From positions 398,548 to 462,547 of the forward strand of contig JAWLAN010000006.1 of the NCBI GenBank assembly GCA_041395385.1: a DNA stretch of 64,000 nucleotides, given 5' to 3'. Shown piece after piece: positions 27,748 through 37,978 of the stretch. The DNA is from Gammaproteobacteria bacterium. GTDB lineage: Bacteria > Pseudomonadota > Gammaproteobacteria > JAJPIJ01. Below the pieces are notes generated by a model. That model was given only the letters and a program-made list of their open reading frames with translations, was not told the DNA's origin and did no database searches. The translations under genes and the position numbers were made by a program. Each line of letters starts with the position of its first letter. Position 1 is the stretch's first letter.

Positions 27748-28107
27748 TTACTGCAAGAGTCGACGCCCTTCAATCTTAACGTCCCCGCTAACCACTTTCC
27801 AGAAATTGGATAGCTTCCTCGCGATCTGATAGGCAAACGCTCGCCCGACATCTGGCCCCTCTTCGTCGAACTCCTTACGAATTTCTATTCCAAGTATCTC
27901 TTCGTATTTCCTGATTGTTCTCTTGTTATGGACTAGAATCAGCGGCTTCCAGCCAACGTGCCTACCTATCATGTAGAAGCCAACCGCTTGCTCGATTTCC
28001 TCGAATGTTCCGTCATACCGCACAATTGCCTTGTCAAGAAGATCGATAATTCGCTTTGCCTCTTGAGCACTCGCCGCCGCCAAGTTGCCTTTCGTTTTTC
28101 GGCCCAT
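27748..28107 (-). CDS. hypothetical protein (island cargo, low GC)
   Basis: 119-aa ORF, third gene of the co-directional low-GC cargo cassette; no recognisable motif. Confidence 0.55.
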   Translation of the reverse strand: MGRKTKGNLAAASAQEAKRIIDLLDKAIVRYDGTFEEIEQAVGFYMIGRHVGWKPLILVHNKRTIRKYEEILGIEIRKEFDEEGPDVGRAFAYQIARKLSNFWKVVSGDVKIEGRRLLQ

Positions 28108-28195
28108 TTAATGGACTCCCAGCATTTCGCGTAGCCCGCCCACAGGCTACGCATACTCCCTTTGGCGTGCAACCACAACCATAGAAAGCCCGACC

Positions 28196-29536
28196 CTATT
28201 TCTTCCTGGAGGTGTGAAAGACCACCCGACTAGTGCTGCCAGAAACCACCAACAACCGTTCGAACTCGTTGGTAAAAATGCGAATTACCTCCGACAAATC
28301 TCTATCGGAACTAGCTCTCCAAGCAGCGTCAGTAGCATCACGATATTGCGCCAACGCAAACGCGCGGTAAATTGGGTCCGAGAACGAGTACAGTCCTGAA
28401 GTTGAGTCATACCTCAGGATTCCGCCGTACTCGGGAGTCGTAAGTCTTGGCAGGATATTTTTTAAATTATATTCGGGATAACTTGGCTCCGCTTGGCGAA
28501 TCCGCTTATGCAGATCAAATCTACTCGCACCACGCTCCGGAGATCGGCACAGCGCTTTAATGACTATAGTCGCATTATCAAACCTAGTCTTTCGCCGCTG
28601 CCTCACTGCACTGTCGAAGGCACTCCTTATGCTATCCGACGCATCTTCGGCATATGCCTTGATCGCCGTTTCAAAATGTTCTTTCGCGAGCGCTATCGGT
28701 GAGCTAACCGTGCAGTGAACTCCGGCCGCATCACACATGTTCAAACATAGATGGTGACACGCCGACGCCAACCCGTTGGAATAGCGAGCAATAAGACTTT
28801 TTATTTCCTTTCCAAAAACAATATTAAGTGCTGCTTCACCCTTGCTAATGATTGCCTCTATTTCTTTTTCCGTCATAAGCGTCACGTGTATTTCGGCAAC
28901 CCGATTTCGCATTTCTCTATCGCAATCGATCACCTGGCGGGCAGTATCCACGGCGCCTAGCGCCACAATTTTTAGTTCCCCATACTCGTCGGCGAGGTCC
29001 ATAAATACTTTCATCAACTGCGACAGTTTGACCTTCTCCGCTTCGTCAATCTTGTGAAAATCCTCAAGTACCCAACAACATTTCGCCGCACCCATGAAAC
29101 GACCAAGCGCTTGGGGCGTGAGTTGAGGCGGCAGGATTCGAACCTCCTTTTCGCTGGTCTCTGTCGTCTTAGTACCTCCAATCTTGGATTGGATATTTAG
29201 GTACGACCCAGCCAGTTCACCAGAAATCGATTTTGAACTTGCAGCAGTGCGTTCAGCGATGTAAAAGGGCGCCAGTTGGTCGAATCCATCCAGTATTAAT
29301 TGTTCAAACGTCAACCCCCGCATACATCGCGTTGTAACATGGTTCTCGTATAATTGATTGAGTTTGTTAATTAGTAATGTGGTCTTCCCCGATCCCGAAT
29401 GCCCATACACAACGACTTGCTTCCCGGGCGTTGTGAGTGCGCTTACGAGCCGATCGTTTACAGCGTCACGCTCTACGAACGCGACCCGGGCTGGCTTCGT
29501 TGGTGTAAATACATCCCGTGCTAAGTATTGTCCCAT
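28196..29536 (-). CDS. P-loop NTPase (AAA+/archaeal-ATPase-like) of unknown function (island cargo)
   Basis: Walker A GHSGSGKTTLL near the N-terminus preceded by F.ERD..N.RL motif resembling the Arch_ATPase family; Walker B hhhhDE (CCWVLEDFHK); about 290-aa C-terminal helical domain of unknown function; low GC. Confidence 0.7.
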   Translation of the reverse strand: MGQYLARDVFTPTKPARVAFVERDAVNDRLVSALTTPGKQVVVYGHSGSGKTTLLINKLNQLYENHVTTRCMRGLTFEQLILDGFDQLAPFYIAERTAASSKSISGELAGSYLNIQSKIGGTKTTETSEKEVRILPPQLTPQALGRFMGAAKCCWVLEDFHKIDEAEKVKLSQLMKVFMDLADEYGELKIVALGAVDTARQVIDCDREMRNRVAEIHVTLMTEKEIEAIISKGEAALNIVFGKEIKSLIARYSNGLASACHHLCLNMCDAAGVHCTVSSPIALAKEHFETAIKAYAEDASDSIRSAFDSAVRQRRKTRFDNATIVIKALCRSPERGASRFDLHKRIRQAEPSYPEYNLKNILPRLTTPEYGGILRYDSTSGLYSFSDPIYRAFALAQYRDATDAAWRASSDRDLSEVIRIFTNEFERLLVVSGSTSRVVFHTSRKK

Positions 29537-29626
29537 CTCGCCCTCCCCGAGTTCGTTTCAGTCTTTCCGAAGTCTGGATCGTTCCTACCGTCGACCATCG
29601 TTGCCCGGATATCTCAGTGGCAATTT

Positions 29627-30205
29627 TCACCAACCGCTAATAGCGTCCATTATTCTGCCGAACAGCGCCACAAGCTTGTCTCCCTTAAGCGCGACGTCAG
29701 TAGTCGCATTCACAACCCTCCATAATTCGCGAAGCTTAGTCACTGTCTCGGTGCCCGAGTTCTCGCGCACAGTTTCCTGGGCCTCAAGCAGTTCCCCGCT
29801 AGCAATATGTGCCGACTCCCGCAATGCCTTAGCCCCGCATATCGGATACCAAGCCAACCCTCGTCTGATAAGTCCAATATGGTGCCGGACCAGAAGTACT
29901 ATGCTCTCTGGTACATTCGAATGCTCTACAAGCGCTTCTAACTCGCTAACTCGACGCTCGATTTCCCCAAGCTCTTCGGCGTCAATAGCCACCTCTTCGT
30001 CATCTAGGATTTCTGCACAGAATGCCAAGGCCGTTAGAGTTTCTGGCTTTATTTGCGAGATGACGTTGCTCCAAGGTCCGTTCAGGAAGCTTGGCTGAAT
30101 ACTGCTTCTCAGCCTTTCCACCAACTTGCTGTACAGCTCCGGACTGAGATCCCGCTCGCCAAGCTGCTTGGCGATTGCCTGGATCTCCCTTTCGACTAGG
30201 CTCAA
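29627..30205 (-). CDS. hypothetical helical protein (island cargo, low GC)
   Basis: 192-aa ORF, first gene of the cargo cassette, predicted all-helical/coiled-coil; no recognisable motif. Confidence 0.55.
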   Translation of the reverse strand: MSLVEREIQAIAKQLGERDLSPELYSKLVERLRSSIQPSFLNGPWSNVISQIKPETLTALAFCAEILDDEEVAIDAEELGEIERRVSELEALVEHSNVPESIVLLVRHHIGLIRRGLAWYPICGAKALRESAHIASGELLEAQETVRENSGTETVTKLRELWRVVNATTDVALKGDKLVALFGRIMDAISGW

Positions 30206-30486
30206 CCTCTCAACGACCGCAAATTGAGTAGAGAGACTGTCCTCAGTCTCTACGCCCAGCAGAAGTGCCCAATTGTCACTAGCAGGTTTAGTGTCCGGAA
30301 TGCCGGCACCTTTTGGAATATGGCAAGCAACCGGGCGGCGCTATTGACTTTCCTGACCATGGATTCCCTCCTCAAATTCCATTCTAGCGCCAGTCCCGTT
30401 TCACCGTGATCCACAGCCGCTGGCGCCTCCGTGCATTGACCCGGGCAAGTTAGCAGCCCGGGTCCACGCCAGCTATGGGCTATGGA

Positions 30487-30747
30487 CTACGGGGAAAACG
30501 CAGCCCCGGGGATACCATCCCTAAATGTGCTTCGGAGGAAGATTTCGTCCTGGATCTCATGTGACACCTCTGGCCTGCTGTCCATTCTGATTCCAAACCA
30601 TCCACCCCGCGCATCGAATCGCAGATATTCGACTTTTCCGGTCGAATCGACCGGCGTATCGCTTCCCATTGATTGGACGACCACAAACCGCCGCCCTATG
30701 AAGATACCTGGCGATAACCGCACCGTGTTTACTCGCTGCTTTCCCAT
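30487..30747 (-). CDS. possible PRC-barrel domain small protein
   Basis: 86-aa segment starting MGKQRV with PRC-barrel-like pattern (DSTGKVEYLRFDARGGWFG...); the parent ORF runs into the tRNA-fragment repeat so its start is uncertain. Confidence 0.35.
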   Translation of the reverse strand: MGKQRVNTVRLSPGIFIGRRFVVVQSMGSDTPVDSTGKVEYLRFDARGGWFGIRMDSRPEVSHEIQDEIFLRSTFRDGIPGAAFSP

Positions 30748-30887
30748 GTCTATGCCTTCCACAACGTGACTGAATCGTGACCAACGTCGGTCACTGGCAA
30801 CCGCTTTATGTCCCGTCTGGTCACATTTGCACGGGGCTGGCGTGCGTAACTGATTGAAGGATCGAGAGGGAGAACGGTCCTGCAGGA

Positions 30888-30932
30888 TTCGCAATGCGAA
30901 GGTCGGGGGTTCGATCCCCCCCGTCTCCACCA
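30888..30932 (+). repeat. attR-type direct repeat: duplicated 3' half of tRNA-Ala
   Basis: Exact 45-nt copy of tRNA positions 25197..25241 including CCA end. Confidence 0.9.
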
Positions 30933-31573
30933 TAAATACAATAAATTAGACTTCATTTTCGTCTGGCAATCCCTGCGGTTTTTGATGTAAGTCCGAGATA
31001 AGTCCTCCGTGATCGATCTCGCGACTCTCTTCGCCTCATACGAGGCGGCGCCGCACATAAGACTAATTATTCGGTGGCGCGACGACGAACCGCACTACCT
31101 CGCACAGCCACCCCTGAACCACCGTCTGCCCGTCCTCTAGCCGCTCATAGCCGCGTAGCCGGAGACCGTCCGCAACGATTGCCACGAGGACGGATACATA
31201 GAGCGGAGAAAAGGCCACTTCGGCCATGGACGAATTTGCCAGCTGCAGCGTCGCAACCTGATATGGCCGCTCCCCGTACACTTGGTGATGGGGCTTCAGA
31301 TCGCCCTCGACGGGTGCCATAACCGCTATTTCTCTCCACGGCAATTGCCTGCCTCATTTACGAAGCACCCGGACCCGAACGTGCATAACAGAATACTGTA
31401 CTCATATACAGCGGCCGAGCAGCTCGCTGGCCTCCGCAGCAGTCCCACGCGCCATCGCGGCCAGACAGTCGGTCAGCAGCATGTCCTGGAGGTGATGCTC
31501 GCTGATGTGGACGTCGAAGATGTCGCTCATGTTCGATCGAGAATCGCCACCTGCTTTACGGGTACCAGTATCT

Positions 31574-32995
31574 TCATGATTCTCGCTCTGGGTTGGTAGT
31601 GGAACTCGAATCGTCCGCAACCGCCGCCGGCCGTTGCGGCTGCCCGCGCCGAATCAGCGCCCGCAGCGCCGCGAATCGCACGTGCGGATCCGGATCCTCG
31701 GTGAGGTTTTCCAGATCCTCTTCGGTGAGCGCCGGATGTTCCGCGAGCATGACGCGGTTCAGCGGGTAGGGGTCCTCCCGCAGCGTGTGAAGAACCTGCC
31801 GCGGGGCGGCCCTGTTCAGTATGACTGCGCGCCGCAGGTCGCTGTTCCCGCTCGCGGCGATGCGCAGCAAGACCCCTGTTGCCGTGTTCGGATTGCGGCC
31901 GATCGCCGAGGCGACATCCGGATCGTCTTCGGCGGACAGGCGCGCCAGCGCCTCCGGCGGTATGTCGGGACGCAGCGCCACGCCTGCCCTGACCCAGGCG
32001 ACCGGGTCCGTCGCCAGGCGGTTCAGCAGCGCGGGCGTGCAGCTCGGATTGCGGCTCACCGCGCGCCGCACCTCGAATTCCCGGTCCGCCGCCAGTCTGC
32101 CGAGCACCGGCTCCGGCACGCAGCGGTTGCGGCCCAGCCAGCGTCGCACCCAGGCATCGGGGTCGCGCGACAGCCGTTCGACCACGGTTGCCGGCAGGGC
32201 GTCTCGCCTTGCCTCCGCGCGCCGCACCTGCGAGGAGGGGTCGGCGGCAAGGCCGCTCAGCTCCTCCGCGGAAACGCTCGCGCCCTGCACGGCCGCCGCT
32301 CGCACTTCGGCCGCCGGGTCGCTCAGAAGTCGGAGCAGCGCCTGCATGGACGCGGCGGGATTCGCCGCCACCATGCGCCGCACCGCAGGCTCCGGACTGC
32401 GTTCCGCCGCCTCCATGATCGCGGGCGGGCAGTTCGGATGCGCCGCGACCTGCGCGCGCAGGTACGGATCGGGCGACGCCCACAGGTGCGCCAGCAGCCT
32501 GGCGTCCGCATGCGGATTGCTCGCGATCCCCTTGCGCGCGGGCAGGGGCGCGCCTTCCATCAGCGCGCGCAGCAACGCGAGCGGCGCGCGAGGATTCCAG
32601 CACAGGGCGTCGCGCACGCCCGGATGCGCGCGCCACGGCAAGCCCTCCAACACGGCCGCGGGCGCGTTCCGGTGCCGTGCGACGGCCTCCAGGATCTCGA
32701 TGCAGGCGTCCTCGCGCGCCAGCTGCCGCAGCACCTCCGGCGGCGTGGCCGGATGGCGCGCCACCTTGCGGCGGATCTTGCGATCGGACTCGCCGGCGAG
32801 GCGGCGCAGCACCTCCGGCGGCGTGAACGGGGCCTCGGCGAACTGCCGCTTCAGGCGGTAAGAGGCAAGAAGGATCGGCTCCAGTCGGCCGCGGTCCTCC
32901 TCGCCGGTGGCGGCGTAGGCGGCCGCGGCCAGGAAGGGATCTTCGCGCCGCACGGCCTTGGCAATCACCCTGGCGAGCGCATCGACGAGCATCAT
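31574..32995 (-). CDS. leucine-rich repeat variant (LRV) / HEAT-like repeat protein
   Basis: 473-aa ORF composed of repeated VRxxAAxNPxxPxxxLxxLAxDPdxxVRxxA units. Confidence 0.75.
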   Translation of the reverse strand: MMLVDALARVIAKAVRREDPFLAAAAYAATGEEDRGRLEPILLASYRLKRQFAEAPFTPPEVLRRLAGESDRKIRRKVARHPATPPEVLRQLAREDACIEILEAVARHRNAPAAVLEGLPWRAHPGVRDALCWNPRAPLALLRALMEGAPLPARKGIASNPHADARLLAHLWASPDPYLRAQVAAHPNCPPAIMEAAERSPEPAVRRMVAANPAASMQALLRLLSDPAAEVRAAAVQGASVSAEELSGLAADPSSQVRRAEARRDALPATVVERLSRDPDAWVRRWLGRNRCVPEPVLGRLAADREFEVRRAVSRNPSCTPALLNRLATDPVAWVRAGVALRPDIPPEALARLSAEDDPDVASAIGRNPNTATGVLLRIAASGNSDLRRAVILNRAAPRQVLHTLREDPYPLNRVMLAEHPALTEEDLENLTEDPDPHVRFAALRALIRRGQPQRPAAVADDSSSTTNPERES

Positions 32996-33017
32996 GGCGG
33001 CCGCGCTGCCGTCGCCC

Positions 33018-35168
33018 TCAGGCCGTCGCCGTCTGGCCGGCGGCGGCGCCGTGCTGATCGAAATCCATGCAATCCGCGACCAGCTCGATCAGTTCCATGA
33101 CCTGGAACCTCTCTTCGTTGCCCGTGGACTTGCGCGCGTCCTCGAACATGTTCATGCACTTCGGGCAGTTCACCACGAACACGTTCAGCCCGTCGATCTG
33201 CGCCGCCTCGCGCATGCGGTTCTCGGACGGCTTCTGCTTGTCGGTCGGATCGGGCATCCAGATGCGGCCGCCGCCGGCCCCGCAGCAGAAGGAGTTGTCG
33301 CGCGAGCGCTTCATCTCGACGAGCTCCGCGCCCAGCATGCGTATGGACTCCCGCGGCGGGTCGTAGCCCTTGTTGAGCCGCCCCAGGTGGCAGGGGTCGT
33401 GATACGTCACTCGATAGTCGAGCTTCTTCTTCAGCCGGATCCGCCCCTCCGCCAGCATGCGCCGGATCATCGCGCTGGCGTGCTCGATCTCGTAGCGGCC
33501 GCCGAACTCCGGATACTCGTTCCTGATCGTGTTGTAGGTATGCGGATCCGTGGTCACGATGCGCCTGAACGTGCAGGCGCCCAGCGTCTCGATGTTGGTC
33601 TCGGCCAGGTGCTGGTAGAGGCCCTCCTCGCCGACGCGGCGCACGTCGTTGCCGGCCGTCATCTCGTCCTCGTACAGGATGCCGAAGTCGACCCCGGCCG
33701 CATGCAGGATCCGGGCGAAGGCCTGCGAGACCTTCTGGTAGCGCGGATCGAAGGACGCGTAATCGCCGACGAACCACAGCACGTCCACGGGCTCTTCGCG
33801 CGCGTCCTTGATCTGGAAGTCGAGCTTCTTGGTCCAGGCGGGGCGCTTGCGCTTGTTCTCGCCCAGGGAGTTGCCCTTGGTCTGGATGTTCTGCAGGACC
33901 TTCTGCAGCGTCGGCTCCATGCTGCTCATGTCGATGAGCGCCCGCCGCATCTCGACGATGACCGGCACGTGCTCGATGCCGACGGGGCAGATCTCCACGC
34001 ACGCCGCGCAGGTCCGGCACGACCACAGGGTCTCGGGCCGCACCTGATTGACGCCGGCGCCGATGGCGGCCAGGGCGTCCCTGGGCGGCAGGGCCGCCGA
34101 GCCAAGCGTGTCGTTGGCGAGCTCTCTCAGGGTCAGCACGAGATCGCGCGGCGAGAGCGGAAATCCCGTGGCGTTGGCCGGGCAGGCCTCGTGGCAGCGC
34201 CCGCACTTGGTGCAGGCGTCGAAGTGCAGCAGCTGCTTCCAGGTGAAGTCCGTGATGGCGCTGGCGCCTATGCCCGAGGCGCTCAGGTCGGCCTTGGGCA
34301 GCAGCGCCGCGGGCTTGCTGTCGCGCAGGGCCAGCGCCGCCATCGCGGTGAAGATGTGTTTGGCCTTGGTGAACGGTATCAGCGCGATCAGCGTGAGCGC
34401 GAGCAGCCCGTGGAACCACCACAGCCCCATGCGCATCGTCCCGGCGCCCTCCGCCGAGGTTCCGGCGGCGTCCAGCAGCCAGGCGATTGCCGCGCCGACC
34501 GGCGACCACCAACGAAGGTCCCAGACCAGCGGGTCCGCACGCAGCCAGACGAGTCGCGCGGCCTCCAGCAGGAATCCGGTCAGGCCGATGAGCACGAGTG
34601 CCCAGAGAAACGCCCAGTCCTCCCGCCGGTAGCCGCTGCGGTCGTAGTCCGGGTCCTGGGGACTGCGGTCCGGGCGCGCGTAGTCGAGCTTGGGCAGCGC
34701 CAGCCACTTGCGGCGATACATCATGTAGAGCAGGCCGAGGATCAGACCGGCGCCGGCGATGTCCATCACGAGGGAGAACCAGAGATAGAAATCCCCGTAC
34801 CAGAATTTTACCCCCGCCAGCGGGGCCAGGATGTCGTACTCCAGCGTGATCGTCGCCGTGCCCAGGAAGAGCAGGCCGAATCCGAAAAAGATGAGCCCGT
34901 GCGTATGCCCCGCGGCGGTGTCACGGCGCCTGAGGGTCCGGTGGGACAGCATGGCTAGCACCATGTCCCACGCCCCACGGCCGAGGGAGGCGATGCCGAG
35001 CGGCCTGCCGCGGCGGTACTTGCGTATCTGCACGTAGCAGCCATAGAGGAACACGCCGATCGCACTGAAGCCGACGATATAGAAGACCGCCTCGAGCCAT
35101 CCCGGGAATCCCTGGAAGAGGATGCGGGTGATCTGCTGTGCGCCTTGTGTGGTATCGAGCGGATTCAT
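33018..35168 (-). CDS. membrane-anchored (Fe-S)-binding oxidoreductase: heterodisulfide-reductase D/GlpC-like with N-terminal multi-TM (NarI-like) domain
   Basis: N-terminal 5-6 TM helices; two 4Fe-4S ferredoxin motifs (CTKCGRCHEACP, CRTCAACVEICP) and CCG-type cysteine-rich domains (HDPCHLGR, CCGAGGG, CPKC). Likely start MNPLDTT at 35168; ORF extends to 35396. Confidence 0.8.
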   Translation of the reverse strand: MNPLDTTQGAQQITRILFQGFPGWLEAVFYIVGFSAIGVFLYGCYVQIRKYRRGRPLGIASLGRGAWDMVLAMLSHRTLRRRDTAAGHTHGLIFFGFGLLFLGTATITLEYDILAPLAGVKFWYGDFYLWFSLVMDIAGAGLILGLLYMMYRRKWLALPKLDYARPDRSPQDPDYDRSGYRREDWAFLWALVLIGLTGFLLEAARLVWLRADPLVWDLRWWSPVGAAIAWLLDAAGTSAEGAGTMRMGLWWFHGLLALTLIALIPFTKAKHIFTAMAALALRDSKPAALLPKADLSASGIGASAITDFTWKQLLHFDACTKCGRCHEACPANATGFPLSPRDLVLTLRELANDTLGSAALPPRDALAAIGAGVNQVRPETLWSCRTCAACVEICPVGIEHVPVIVEMRRALIDMSSMEPTLQKVLQNIQTKGNSLGENKRKRPAWTKKLDFQIKDAREEPVDVLWFVGDYASFDPRYQKVSQAFARILHAAGVDFGILYEDEMTAGNDVRRVGEEGLYQHLAETNIETLGACTFRRIVTTDPHTYNTIRNEYPEFGGRYEIEHASAMIRRMLAEGRIRLKKKLDYRVTYHDPCHLGRLNKGYDPPRESIRMLGAELVEMKRSRDNSFCCGAGGGRIWMPDPTDKQKPSENRMREAAQIDGLNVFVVNCPKCMNMFEDARKSTGNEERFQVMELIELVADCMDFDQHGAAAGQTATA

Positions 35169-35253
35169 GCTTGCCTCGTCCGGGAGGGACGGCTGTCGGA
35201 GAAAAGGGCAGCCCGGCGACGTGCAGTGCCGCCGGGCTGCCGCTTGCAGCGGA

Positions 35254-37482
<2,229 letters not shown>

Positions 37483-37978
37483 TCAACCGTGAGTAGGGAG
37501 CTGCGGAATCAGCCCGGAAGCGCGCCCGCCGGCGGCACTCGCGTGCACGGGCCGACCGCTGGGGTTTCCCGTGCCGCCGGGACCGCCCCCCGGCCGGTTC
37601 CGCGAACCTCGAAGAACCACGCGACCGAGATCGTTCCCGAGAGTTGTCGGTGCACGGATCGTCGATTCCTTTTCTTCTGGTCTTGCGATCTTGCCGGCGA
37701 GCCGCCTGCGCTCGAGCCGCGGCTCTCCGAAGAGTGCGCGATGCAATTCACTGCAACAGTCCGTCGCCAGTGTCCCTGCACCGGGATGGGCTCGCAATCG
37801 TCTACAGGAGTTACCTCCTTGGTGTTAGAGAACTCCTCGCATCATCGGCTGCGCCACCAGCGCCGCCACGCGCGCGTTGCCATGCAGGCATATGCGCGCG
37901 CAAGCAGGTCGGTCAGATCATTCATCGAGACCGCCGGGATCGCATCATCCCGAGCCCCCGCGCCACCGTCCCATGGCG

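Larger units (their letters stand above)
25242..30932. mobile_element. tRNA-Ala-integrated genomic island / integrative element (about 5.7 kb) with integrase, excisionase-like, Rep-like and low-GC cargo genes
   Basis: Integrase gene abutting the tRNA 3' end; 45-bp perfect direct repeat of the tRNA 3' half (TTCGCAATGCGAAGGTCGGGGGTTCGATCCCCCCCGTCTCCACCA) at 25197..25241 and 30888..30932; internal GC content drops markedly between about 27700 and 30450. Confidence 0.85.

Noticed and set aside
30750-31058. 102-aa minus ORF containing peptide [12 protein letters not shown]
   Set aside because: This peptide is the fortuitous translation of the duplicated tRNA T-arm (GGTTCGATCCCCC); the ORF spans attR and AT-rich flank, so it is not a gene
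31527-35037. Series of long plus- and minus-strand ORFs (31527..32636, 31634..33100, 32958..34958, 32992..34707) overlapping the LRV and HdrD-like genes
   Set aside because: Alternative-frame and antisense artefacts with Arg-rich composition; only the LRV (31574..32995) and Fe-S protein (33018..35168) frames show motifs
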